Part shown: piece by piece, positions 9,754 through 20,694 of the stretch
Position numbering within the stretch: the first letter of the stretch is position 1
Layout: every line of letters begins with the position of its first letter
Assembly (NCBI GenBank): GCA_017423825.1
Contig: JAFPCP010000029.1
Coordinates: 15,521-79,520, forward strand
Direction: 5' to 3'
Source of the DNA: Clostridia bacterium
GTDB taxonomy: Bacteria > Bacillota > Clostridia > Oscillospirales > Acutalibacteraceae
Length of the DNA: 64,000 nt
The notes under the pieces: model-generated
Databases searched by the model: none
Seen by the model: the letters and a program-made list of their open reading frames with translations, nothing else
Told to the model about the DNA's origin: nothing
Program-made: the position numbers and the translations under genes

Positions 9754-10428
9754 TCACGGCGATAACCGCGCGGCAGAAAGGTCCCAACCTTCCCATGGCG
9801 GTTGTGCCATATCGGGCAGACACTCGATTTGCAAGGTTTCGTTGGTGATGGGGTGCCGCAGAGAAAGACGACAACTCCACAACGCCAAAGGGACCCCCCG
9901 GCAACCACCGTAGCGGGAGTCGCCTACGAGGGGCATTTTTCGAGAGGCAAATTGCACGCGAATTTGGTGGGTGCGACCGGTGTGCAAGCGCACCAACATA
10001 AGACTTTGTATGCCTTGTTCGGTTTCGCGGGATTGCAACACGGTATAGGTGAGTTTTGCATCGCGCACACCTTTGCGCTTTCGTGTCACCACATAGGATT
10101 TGTTGCGACGCACGTCGTGGTATAACCAGTCTTCAAAAGTGCCTGTGTCCGTCTGCGGGCGACCGCTGACAATAGCCAGATATTCTTTGACAAAAACGGT
10201 ATGGTCCTGTACTTGCTTGGATAGATTGGCGGCCGCCGATGCGGTGCGTGCATACACCATGACACCGCCGGTGGCCTTGTCCAGGCGATGCACCGGCTTG
10301 ACCGGTTTTCCCATGGTTTCCAACCGAGCCGGTAGGCTGTCACCGCCGGCGGCATCGGTTTGGGATGTGAGACCGACGGATTTTTGCACCATTAGAATGG
10401 CATCATCTTCGTAGAGTATAGTTGGCAT
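9754..10428 (-). CDS. RluA-family pseudouridine synthase
   Basis: Catalytic HRLDKATGG motif and a downstream RTHQIR motif. Confidence 0.88.
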   Translation of the reverse strand: MPTILYEDDAILMVQKSVGLTSQTDAAGGDSLPARLETMGKPVKPVHRLDKATGGVMVYARTASAAANLSKQVQDHTVFVKEYLAIVSGRPQTDTGTFEDWLYHDVRRNKSYVVTRKRKGVRDAKLTYTVLQSRETEQGIQSLMLVRLHTGRTHQIRVQFASRKMPLVGDSRYGGCRGVPLALWSCRLSLRHPITNETLQIECLPDMAQPPWEGWDLSAARLSP

Positions 10429-10446
10429 AGGGGAATGCTCCTTTTC

Positions 10447-10481
10447 AAAACAGCCTGCGGTTTTCCGCAGGCTGTTTTTTT
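10447..10481. terminator. terminator
   Basis: AAAACAGCCTGCGG-TTTT-CCGCAGGCTGTTTTTTT. Confidence 0.85.
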
Positions 10482-10485
10482 GGTG

Positions 10486-11898
10486 TTATTTTCTGTCCAT
10501 AGCGGCCAGCAAAGCGCGATGCGCCATATACACGTCAATCTTAGAGACAAGTTCAAACGGAGCATGCATGCTCAGCACCGGTACACCGAGGTCAACGGTG
10601 TCGACGTTGAGGTTGGCGATATACATGGCCACCGTGCCACCGCCGCCGGCATCCACTTTGCCCAGTTCGCCGGTTTGCCACAGCACGTCGTTATCATCCA
10701 GAATTTTGCGTATCATGCCCATATATTCTGCCGAGGCATCGCTGGTGCCGGATTTGCCACGGGCACCGGTATATTTGGTGATGCACACGCCGTAATTCAC
10801 TTGGGCGGCGTTAGTGCGCACCATGACGTCCGGATAAATGGGGTCGAGCGCCGCATTGACGTCCGCAGACAAGCAGATGGAGCGGGAAAGCACGTGGCGG
10901 CCCTCTGCGCCCCATACGGTGGCGAGGTCGTCTATGAAATACCGCAGGAAAGCGGATTGCATGCCGGTGTTGCCCTCGGAGCCGATTTCTTCTTTATCCG
11001 CAAGGATAGCGATAGCGGTGTAAGCGGGGGTGGTGCACTCCAACAAAGCAGTAACTGCCGGATAAGCGCACACGCGGTCGTCGTGTCCGTAGGCGCCGAT
11101 GAGACTGCGATCTAGACCGACGTCTTTGGCTTTGAAAGCGGGGACAATTTCCAATTCTGCGGACAGAAAATCGCTTTCGGTGATATCGTATTTCTCATAC
11201 AACAGATGCAGAATATTGAGTTTCACGAGGTCGCTTCCCTCGTCGTCGCGGAAAGGGCGAGAGCCGATGAGCACGTTCAAATCTTCGCCACGCACAATCT
11301 CGCCGGCGGGACGTTTCATCTGCTCGTTACCGAGGTGCGGAAGCAGGTCGGTGACGCAAAACACGGGGTCAGATTCCTGTTCGCCGATGTTGACGTTGAC
11401 CGAGGTGCCGTCACGGCGTATCACCGTGCCGTGAAGAGCTAGCGGGATGGCGGTCCATTGGTATTTTTTGATGCCGCCGTAATAGTGGGTATCAAAATAG
11501 GCCAGTTCGCTGTCTTCATAGAGCGGGACGGGTTTCAGGTCCAAGCGCGGGGAATCGATATGCGCAGCGGCGAGAGTCACGCCGTCGGTTATCGGTCGTG
11601 TGCCGATAACGGCCAGAATGAGAGATTTACCACGGTTGTTATAGTAAATTTTGTCGCCCGGTTGGAGATTTTTCTGTCCGTTAAAGGGGACAAATCCGGC
11701 TTTCTCTGCCATGGCGATGGTTTCGCAAACCGCTTCGCGTTCGGTTTTGGCCACGTCCAAGAAATGCTTATATCCGTCGCAATAGTTGTCGGCAGCAGTG
11801 ATGGTTTCAGCGGATAGCGATTTGCCGCCGTTTTTGGGCTTGTAGCCGAGCTTTTCCCGTAATTGTTCTGCGGGGCTTTTGATTTTTTCGTCTGCCAT
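10486..11898 (-). CDS. M18-family aminopeptidase
   Basis: About 470 aa with HIDSPRLD, GAYGHDDRVCAY and SMHAP motifs. The ATG at 11898 is preceded by AAGGTGG. Confidence 0.85.
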   Translation of the reverse strand: MADEKIKSPAEQLREKLGYKPKNGGKSLSAETITAADNYCDGYKHFLDVAKTEREAVCETIAMAEKAGFVPFNGQKNLQPGDKIYYNNRGKSLILAVIGTRPITDGVTLAAAHIDSPRLDLKPVPLYEDSELAYFDTHYYGGIKKYQWTAIPLALHGTVIRRDGTSVNVNIGEQESDPVFCVTDLLPHLGNEQMKRPAGEIVRGEDLNVLIGSRPFRDDEGSDLVKLNILHLLYEKYDITESDFLSAELEIVPAFKAKDVGLDRSLIGAYGHDDRVCAYPAVTALLECTTPAYTAIAILADKEEIGSEGNTGMQSAFLRYFIDDLATVWGAEGRHVLSRSICLSADVNAALDPIYPDVMVRTNAAQVNYGVCITKYTGARGKSGTSDASAEYMGMIRKILDDNDVLWQTGELGKVDAGGGGTVAMYIANLNVDTVDLGVPVLSMHAPFELVSKIDVYMAHRALLAAMDRK

Positions 11899-11938
11899 AA
11901 AAATAACCACCTTTTCTTATGTTTTTTGTAGCATGGTT

Positions 11939-12520
11939 TTATGCGATATGGTATATGCGTTGATATCGCTTTTGCGCGGTTAAAACCCGTTGTATATACT
12001 GTTCGGTTTCCGGATAAGGGATGGTGTGCAGATGCACGCCATCGGCGGAATACAGCGGGTTTTTAAGCCAATCTTCCGCGCGCCCTTGCCCCGCATTGTA
12101 TGCGGCGAGCGCGGTGTCTGTTTCTTTGAATTGTTCCCGAAAAAGGGAGAGAACATACACACCTGTGCGGATGTTTATGGAGGGCTGGAATATGTCCTGT
12201 GCGGAATATTTGCTACCTTCTCCTGAGCGGGTAAGCGCCCAACGGAAGGTGTCGTCGGTTAATTGCATGAGTCCTTTGGCGTTTGCCGGCGATACAGCCG
12301 CGGAGTCAAAATGACTTTCGGTGTGTATAACCGCATAAATCAAGGATGGCTCTATCTTGTATTCTTCGGCGGCGGCAAGCACGAGATCGGCATGGTGGGT
12401 GGGGTAGAGGGCTTTCATGTAATAGCGGTAGGTCGCGGACAAACCGACTATGCCGCCAATCAGGGCCATAAAGAAAACGCAGAAGCATGCGAATTTTTTA
12501 AGTGTTTGTGCGTTGTTCAT
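11939..12520 (-). CDS. lytic transglycosylase (SLT domain) with N-terminal TM anchor
   Basis: Motifs HTESHF, GLMQL and AYNAG. The ATG at 12520 overlaps the upstream stop (ATGA). Confidence 0.85.
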   Translation of the reverse strand: MNNAQTLKKFACFCVFFMALIGGIVGLSATYRYYMKALYPTHHADLVLAAAEEYKIEPSLIYAVIHTESHFDSAAVSPANAKGLMQLTDDTFRWALTRSGEGSKYSAQDIFQPSINIRTGVYVLSLFREQFKETDTALAAYNAGQGRAEDWLKNPLYSADGVHLHTIPYPETEQYIQRVLTAQKRYQRIYHIA

Positions 12521-14142
12521 CCTGTCGGCCACCACCCTTTCTCCATGTTTTTCCATAGGGTGACCGCTTGCTGTTTCAATTCCTCTTGTGTGCCGGTGTT
12601 GTGCAAAACCGTAACCCCCGGTCGACAATAGAAATCGTCCGTCTGTTGCGCGTGTATGCGGGAAATAGCCTGTTCATAGGACAATCCGTCACGAGCCCGG
12701 ATGCGTTCGATGCGTTTTTCTTCCGGTGCTATGACCGCCACGATATCGTCGCAAACCGCATCTATGCCCGCCTCAAACAGTAAGGGCGCATCCACTACGA
12801 TGGCGGAATAGCCCGCCTCGGCGGCGTCGTCCGTTTTTTGTTGCGCCAAGGCAAGGATGGCCGGGTGTGTGATGGCGTTGAGTTGTTTGGTCTTTTCCGG
12901 TGAGGAAAAGGCGTGTTCTGCCAATGCAGTCCGGTTGAGGGTGCCGTCCGGGTTTAGGATGGCACAGGAGAAGGTTTTTTGCAACTCTTCCAAACACGGT
13001 GAACCAGGCTGTACGATTTCCCGCGCCAAGAGGTCGGTGTCGATGATCGGTATACCCATTTCGCGCCATGCGGCGGCTGCGGTGGATTTGCCGGCACCGG
13101 TCGGCCCGGTGAGCCCTACCACGCGAATGGCGTTGACAACGTCAAAGCCGGCGGCGCGGATAAGGCGATTATACACCGCCAGCCCGATCCCCTCGGGGCG
13201 CGGACAGGCAGCAAACACGGTGGTGGCTCCCTTTTCGTCTAATTGCCGCAAGGCATCAAACAAATTTTGCGCTTGTTGGATGGGGTTTTGTCGCGAACCG
13301 TAGGAAACGGTCGGAACAGACAAAGTCGGTATGTCTTCGTCGAAACACAAGGCCATGACGCCGTGCGCAGCATGGGCTTGCACATAGTGTGCATAGGCGG
13401 CAGGGGAGCCTTTTATCAACTGAATACGGGCCTTGGGTGCGTAATGTTTATATTTCATGCCTGGGGAAGCCGCAACAGCGCCTTTTTCGAGAGCGTGTGT
13501 GACTGCCGGGTCGATAGCAATCGGGCCGATGATTTCTTCAATCATTTTCGGGGTAATACCGCCCGGGCGCAAAAGGCGGGGCGGTTGCACGGAGAGGTCA
13601 AGCACGGTGGATTCGACACCAACCTCGGCACGACCTCCGTCCAGTATGGCGGCGATACGCCCTTGCATATCCTCCATCACGCGTGCGGCGTTGGTAGGAC
13701 TGGGGGAGCCGGAACGGTTTGCGGAGGGCGCCGCCAAGGGGCGGCCGGTTCGCAAAATCACCGCTTGCGCTACCGGGTCTGCGGGGAAACGTACCGCCAC
13801 GGTTTGCAGTCCGCCACGCACTTCTTGCGGAATACACGGGGCGGCGGGTAGTATCATGGTGAGAGGCCCCGGCCAATAAGCCTCGGCTAAACGCCGTGCG
13901 GTGGTTGGGATGGATTCAACCAGGGGCGCCCAATCTTCTATGGCAGCGATGTGGACGATCAGGGGGTTATCCATAGGTCTGCCTTTGGCGGCGAAGATAG
14001 AGGCGACAGCCGTTGGATTGAGAGCATCTGCTGCCAATCCGTATACGGTCTCTGTGGGGACAGCCACCAACTGCCCGGCTTGTAGGAGCCGAGCGGCTTG
14101 GTCAATCCCTGCAGGGTCTGGTTTTAACAAACGGGTGTCCAT
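12517..14142 (-). CDS. fusion protein: L-threonylcarbamoyladenylate synthase (Sua5/TsaC, YrdC+Sua5 domains) + dephospho-CoA kinase (CoaE)
   Basis: The N-terminal ~335 aa carry VAVPTETVYGLAADAL, the YrdC signature. The C-terminal ~200 aa start with the P-loop GLTGPTGAGKST (coded about 13093-13119) and continue with IDTD and ITHP motifs, as in CoaE. The ORF is uninterrupted. Confidence 0.85.
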   Translation of the reverse strand: MDTRLLKPDPAGIDQAARLLQAGQLVAVPTETVYGLAADALNPTAVASIFAAKGRPMDNPLIVHIAAIEDWAPLVESIPTTARRLAEAYWPGPLTMILPAAPCIPQEVRGGLQTVAVRFPADPVAQAVILRTGRPLAAPSANRSGSPSPTNAARVMEDMQGRIAAILDGGRAEVGVESTVLDLSVQPPRLLRPGGITPKMIEEIIGPIAIDPAVTHALEKGAVAASPGMKYKHYAPKARIQLIKGSPAAYAHYVQAHAAHGVMALCFDEDIPTLSVPTVSYGSRQNPIQQAQNLFDALRQLDEKGATTVFAACPRPEGIGLAVYNRLIRAAGFDVVNAIRVVGLTGPTGAGKSTAAAAWREMGIPIIDTDLLAREIVQPGSPCLEELQKTFSCAILNPDGTLNRTALAEHAFSSPEKTKQLNAITHPAILALAQQKTDDAAEAGYSAIVVDAPLLFEAGIDAVCDDIVAVIAPEEKRIERIRARDGLSYEQAISRIHAQQTDDFYCRPGVTVLHNTGTQEELKQQAVTLWKNMEKGWWPTG

Positions 14143-14151
14143 GGGTTCGCC

Positions 14152-15231
14152 TCAATTCTCGTCATAGTTATTACGCATCTTTTCCGCTTGATCGGCGGTG
14201 ATAAGGGCTTGTATCAGTTCGTCAATGTCGCCGTTCAATATAGCGTCTATTTTGTATAATGTCAGACCGATACGATGGTCCGTGACACGCCCTTGCGGGA
14301 AGTTATAGGTGCGAATGCGTTCGCTGCGGTCACCGGTGCCCACTTGTGAACGGCGGTCGGCGGCGATGGCAGATTGTTGTTCTTGCTGCTTTTGTTCCAA
14401 CAATCGCGCGCGCAGCACGCGCATAGCTTTATCTTTGTTTTTGAATTGGCTACGCTCATCCTGACATTCCACCACCATACCGGTGGGCAGGTGGGTGATG
14501 CGGATGGCGGACTCGGTTTTGTTGATATGCTGGCCGCCGGCGCCACTGGAACGAAACGTGTCAATTTGCAGGTCGCCGGGGTCGATGTCGATTTCTACAT
14601 CTTCCGCTTCCGGCAACACAGCGACGGTGGCGGTGGAGGTGTGTATACGGCCACCGGTTTCGGTTTCCGGCACGCGTTGTACGCGATGCACACCGCTTTC
14701 GAATTTGAAGCGGCTGTACGCACCATGGCCCGAAATGAGGAAACTGATTTCTTTATAGCCGCCTAATTCGGTGGCGTTTTCGCTGATGGGTTCGGTGCGG
14801 AATCCTTGTTTATCCGCGTACATGGAATACATGCGATAAAGCGAGCCTGCAAACAGCGCGGATTCTTCACCGCCGGCACCGGCCCGAATTTCTACGATAA
14901 CGTCGCGGCTATCGTTCGGGTCTTTGGGGAGCAGAAGAATGTGCAGTTGTTGCCGCAGATGCTCGGTTTGTTCCTTTGCGTCATTGAGCTCCTGTTGCGC
15001 CATGTCGTGCAATTCACGGTCTGCACCGGCTTCTGCCAGCAGCTCTTTGGCGTCCTCCATGCGTTGTTGTTGCAATAAAAACGCTGCATACGCTTCCGCA
15101 ATGGGTTGCAAGGTGGCGCTCTCTTTCATAAGAGCGCTGTACTGCTCCGGTTGGGAAACAATTGTCGGGTCATATAATTGTTGGCTGATTTCTTCGTATC
15201 GTTTGCTAATTTCTTGCAGTTTATGTAGCAT
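14152..15231 (-). CDS. prfA: peptide chain release factor 1
   Basis: [16 protein letters not shown] (GGQ motif) and PET tripeptide (VPETE). Confidence 0.96.
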   Translation of the reverse strand: MLHKLQEISKRYEEISQQLYDPTIVSQPEQYSALMKESATLQPIAEAYAAFLLQQQRMEDAKELLAEAGADRELHDMAQQELNDAKEQTEHLRQQLHILLLPKDPNDSRDVIVEIRAGAGGEESALFAGSLYRMYSMYADKQGFRTEPISENATELGGYKEISFLISGHGAYSRFKFESGVHRVQRVPETETGGRIHTSTATVAVLPEAEDVEIDIDPGDLQIDTFRSSGAGGQHINKTESAIRITHLPTGMVVECQDERSQFKNKDKAMRVLRARLLEQKQQEQQSAIAADRRSQVGTGDRSERIRTYNFPQGRVTDHRIGLTLYKIDAILNGDIDELIQALITADQAEKMRNNYDEN

Positions 15232-15273
15232 ACACAGCCGCCTTTCCGTTGATGAGTTGCCGTGTGCTTGTGC

Positions 15274-15456
15274 CTATTCTTCTCGCAACACTTTACGAAT
15301 GTTCTTTTCTGCCTTTAAGCGTGGGAGCATGATTTCATGATTACACCCCAGACAGCGCAGACGGAAATCCATGCCGATACGTAACACCTCAAATTGATGA
15401 GCGCCACAGGGGTGCTGTTTTTTCATTTCCAAAATATCCCCTAATCGAATATCCAT
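15274..15456 (-). CDS. DUF951 family small protein
   Basis: LGDILEMKKQHPCGAHQFEVLRIGMDFRLRCLGCNHEIMLPR matches the DUF951 pattern. Confidence 0.8.
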   Translation of the reverse strand: MDIRLGDILEMKKQHPCGAHQFEVLRIGMDFRLRCLGCNHEIMLPRLKAEKNIRKVLREE

Positions 15457-15642
15457 TTACTATGCCTCCTGCCGATGTGAGGGTAAATAAACAATCTCCT
15501 TATATTCTAACATATTTTATGCGTTCATGCAATCATTCTATTAGAAAAAAATTGCAGTATATTTTCTGTTTTGGGCGAAAACATAAAGGTGTGAAGAGAA
15601 TCCATTTTCTTTTCAACATTGACACATAGGAGGGCATGAAAG

Positions 15643-15774
15643 ATGGAACAAAATTTTAATAACCAGAGCAACCAGAACAAGAAACAGCAGAACGAGCAGA
15701 ACAAAAAGAAAAACAACGAGCAGAACAAAAAGCAGAACAGCGAACAGAACAAGAAACAAAACGATTTGTTCTAA
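15643..15774 (+). CDS. 43-aa N/Q/K-rich repeat microprotein (not in ORF track)
   Basis: GGAGGG lies 7 nt upstream of the ATG. The ORF reads MEQNFNNQSNQNKKQQNEQNKKKNNEQNKKQNSEQNKKQNDLF and is followed by a 19-bp perfect hairpin. The antisense L/F-rich track ORFs are mirror artefacts. Confidence 0.55.
   Translation: MEQNFNNQSNQNKKQQNEQNKKKNNEQNKKQNSEQNKKQNDLF
15691..15762 (+). repeat. three tandem 24-nt coding repeats, each encoding an 8-aa (N/S)EQNKK(K/Q)N unit
   Basis: Units at 15691-15714, 15715-15738 and 15739-15762. Units 1 and 2 differ at 2 nt. Confidence 0.85.
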
Positions 15775-15787
15775 TTGGTTCCGTATG

Positions 15788-15829
15788 GCAAGACAAACGC
15801 CTGTCCGTGTGGACAGGCGTTTGTCTTGC
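15788..15829. terminator. 19-bp perfect hairpin between convergent genes (no obvious U-tract)
   Basis: GCAAGACAAACGCCTGTCC-GTGT-GGACAGGCGTTTGTCTTGC. Confidence 0.6.
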
Positions 15830-15838
15830 ATAGTGTGT

Positions 15839-16309
15839 TCATGTTTCGGTGCTATCTGTAAGAGTGGGGAGAAGGTTACTCAGTTTGTTGTGCAGAGTGG
15901 ATAACGTATCCGCGGAAAGGTTGCCGGCCACAGAAACGACCACATCCCCTTGCACGATGGAATACGGGAACTGGAAGTTTCCGTATTCTTTTGGATTGGT
16001 GACGTTGACAGGTACACTTTTGGCTTTACATTCGGTAGCGATGGCAATGTTCAGAGCCGGGTCGTCGGTGGCCGCCACACAGAGTTGCGCGTTGCTGCAA
16101 TCTCCTCGAAAATACTTTCTGGGAATGTGACGAATTTTTCCTTGCTCGCTGAGGGCTTTTAATTCTTCACATATATCGGGAGAGATGACTGTTATTTGCG
16201 CCTGAAACAAAAGCAATTCGCGCACGCAACGGCTTGCCGCTTGGTTACCGCCGAACACGGTGCAGTTGTTGCCGGTCAGGTCGATGTATAAAGGGAAACC
16301 AATCGCCAT
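15839..16309 (-). CDS. precorrin-2 dehydrogenase / siroheme synthase N-terminal-domain protein (SirC/CysG-N like), orphan
   Basis: FPLYIDLTGNNCTVFGG... Rossmann start typical of the family. The ATG at 16309 is preceded by AGGAGG. Confidence 0.7.
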   Translation of the reverse strand: MAIGFPLYIDLTGNNCTVFGGNQAASRCVRELLLFQAQITVISPDICEELKALSEQGKIRHIPRKYFRGDCSNAQLCVAATDDPALNIAIATECKAKSVPVNVTNPKEYGNFQFPYSIVQGDVVVSVAGNLSADTLSTLHNKLSNLLPTLTDSTET

Positions 16310-16454
16310 CCAACAAGCCCTCCTTTCTGTCAAGTAAATATACTTTTCACCTATTTCTTTTATAATAACATAGTATTTTGCTACCTACAATACAGAAAAT
16401 ATGACAAAATATTCCCTTGGTTATTGACAAAGTGACCAAAAAACGAGGGGTTAT

Positions 16455-16484
16455 GGATAAACCGGCAGCCTTTGGGGCATACTG
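16455..16484 (+). promoter_or_regulatory. possible forespore-type (sigma-F/G-like) promoter
   Basis: GGATA (16455-16459), 15 nt, GGGCATACTG (16475-16484), an approximate match to recalled GCATR-N15-GGnrAnAnTw. Weak, by eye only. Confidence 0.25.
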
Positions 16485-16512
16485 CCCGTAGTAAGATAAG
16501 GAGGAAACGCAT

Positions 16513-17253
16513 ATGCACAAATCGTCATTTAAGGGGACGTCCCGTTTTCAAAAATTTCTAAACGGCAATGGGTTTTATGTAGCGATTGCCGCTTGTTTAT
16601 TGGCCATTGGTGGCGTGGCGGTTGCTTTGGTGGGGCAGACATTGTTTCACGACACGAGCGAAGGGGTGTCGCAACCACCCATTTCAACGGCAGAGCCGGT
16701 GGAACAGATTGTCACCAATCAACCGGATGACCGCACCACCACAACGGCGACCACCACGGCTACGACGACTACCACGGCGGCGCAACCGGATTTGTACGTT
16801 TTGCCGTGTGGCAATCTCGTGCAAAAATCGTTCAGCGGCGGTGCGCCTGTGTATTCCGCAACGATGAAAGATTGGCGTGTGCACAATGGCACGGATTATA
16901 GCGGAGAGGATGGGCAGACGGTGCGCGCGCTGGCGCGGGGTACGGTGTCGGCAATTGAAGAAGACCCGCTTTGGGGAGAAGTTTTGGTGATAGACCACGG
17001 CGTGGAGGTGCTGTCGCGGTATTGCGGGGTGCATGCCACGGTGAAAGTGGGCGACACGCTGGATGCCGGCGATGCCATAGGCAAGTTGACGAGCATTCCT
17101 TGTGAGGCGGCCCAGGCACCACATTTGCACGTAGAAATCACGGTTAAAGGGGAACTTGTGGACCCGGTCTCTGTGTTAGGGCTGGACGTGCGGTATGAGG
17201 AAGGCGCCGCACCAACTACGGGGGCCGCAAAATCCACCCAATCTGCACAATGA
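16513..17253 (+). CDS. M23 (LytM) peptidase with N-terminal TM anchor and Thr-rich linker, SpoIIQ-like
   Basis: HxxxD (HNGTD) and HxH (HLHVE) zinc motifs are intact. The architecture (TM, linker, LytM) is that of SpoIIQ in clostridia. Confidence 0.75.
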   Translation: MHKSSFKGTSRFQKFLNGNGFYVAIAACLLAIGGVAVALVGQTLFHDTSEGVSQPPISTAEPVEQIVTNQPDDRTTTTATTTATTTTTAAQPDLYVLPCGNLVQKSFSGGAPVYSATMKDWRVHNGTDYSGEDGQTVRALARGTVSAIEEDPLWGEVLVIDHGVEVLSRYCGVHATVKVGDTLDAGDAIGKLTSIPCEAAQAPHLHVEITVKGELVDPVSVLGLDVRYEEGAAPTTGAAKSTQSAQ

Positions 17254-17319
17254 TTTAGGATGTGTTCCTGCCCTCGGAAGCCGTACGTTTTGACGTGCGG
17301 AAACGGTAAGAGGGGCACT

Positions 17320-17357
17320 AAACGACCACTGTTTCGGCAGTGGTCGTTTATTATTTT
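17320..17357 (+). terminator. rho-independent terminator
   Basis: AAACGACCACTG-TTTCGG-CAGTGGTCGTTT followed by ATTATTTT. Confidence 0.8.
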
Positions 17358-17374
17358 GAAATGGCAAAAATCGG

Positions 17375-17403
17375 TTGACAAACGCTTGTGTTTGGGATAT
17401 ACT
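17375..17403 (+). promoter_or_regulatory. sigma-A type promoter of the alaS leader
   Basis: TTGACA (17375-17380), 17 nt, TATACT (17398-17403). Confidence 0.7.
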
Positions 17404-17650
17404 GTAAGGGATAAAGGCGTTGACGGAAATGAACCGGAACAGGATACGCACAGAGAGGGCTTCCGCTGTTTTTTGACAGTGCTGTGAGGGGGCCTGCGTT
17501 GGAGTTTTGGGGGCCATTCCCGAGCATCGCCGCGATATAAGCGGCGGCGGTTGACTCTCGTTATCGAGTTATAAAGTGGCACAATTTCTGATTGTGCAAT
17601 TTGGGTGGTACCACGGAGCCTCCGTCCCATGTGGACGGGGGCTTTTTCTG
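17404..17650 (+). promoter_or_regulatory. T-box leader (tRNA-sensing riboswitch) controlling alaS
   Basis: T-box core AATTTGGGTGGTACCACGG at 17598-17616. It overlaps the terminator GCCTCCGTCC-CATGT-GGACGGGGGC (17618-17642) followed by TTTTTCT. An AGAGAG box lies near 17450. The specifier codon was not resolved by eye. Confidence 0.85.
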
Positions 17651-17680
17651 TATCACACAGAGAAAAGGAGAATGAAAACC

Positions 17681-20335
<2,655 letters not shown>

Positions 20336-20353
20336 AGAAGGGAGTATAAGCCG

Positions 20354-20686
20354 ATGGATTGTTTATTTTGCAAAATAGCGGCAGGGGAAATCCCTTGCAA
20401 AAAAGTATACGAGGATGAGCAGGTGCTTGCGTTTTATGATATCGACCCTAAAGCGCCGGTGCACGTTCTCTTCATCCCCAAAATCCATCTGGACGGTGTG
20501 CGGGATATTACCCCCGAAAACGCCGCTGTGGTGGGACATATTTTGTCGGTTTTCCCGGTTGTCGCGGCGCAACTCGGCGTGACGGATTACCGTGTGGTGT
20601 CCAACAACGGCGCACAGGCGGGCCAATCGGTGCAACATTTGCATTTTCATTTGTTAGCCGGCCGTACCTTGGGCGAGATGGGTTGA
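20354..20686 (+). CDS. HIT family (histidine triad) protein
   Basis: C-terminal HLHFHLL triad. Confidence 0.9.
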   Translation: MDCLFCKIAAGEIPCKKVYEDEQVLAFYDIDPKAPVHVLFIPKIHLDGVRDITPENAAVVGHILSVFPVVAAQLGVTDYRVVSNNGAQAGQSVQHLHFHLLAGRTLGEMG

Positions 20687-20694
20687 GTGTTTGT

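Noticed and set aside
15525-15831. L/F/C-rich minus-strand ORFs (75 and 72 aa)
   Set aside because: They are reverse-complement artefacts of the AAC/AAG/CAG-rich plus-strand repeat ORF. They have no RBS, and one runs through the 19-bp hairpin.
16735-16790. ACC/ACG-rich microsatellite-like tract
   Set aside because: It lies in frame within the M23 peptidase and encodes a Thr/Ala linker. It is a coding low-complexity tract, not an independent repeat element.
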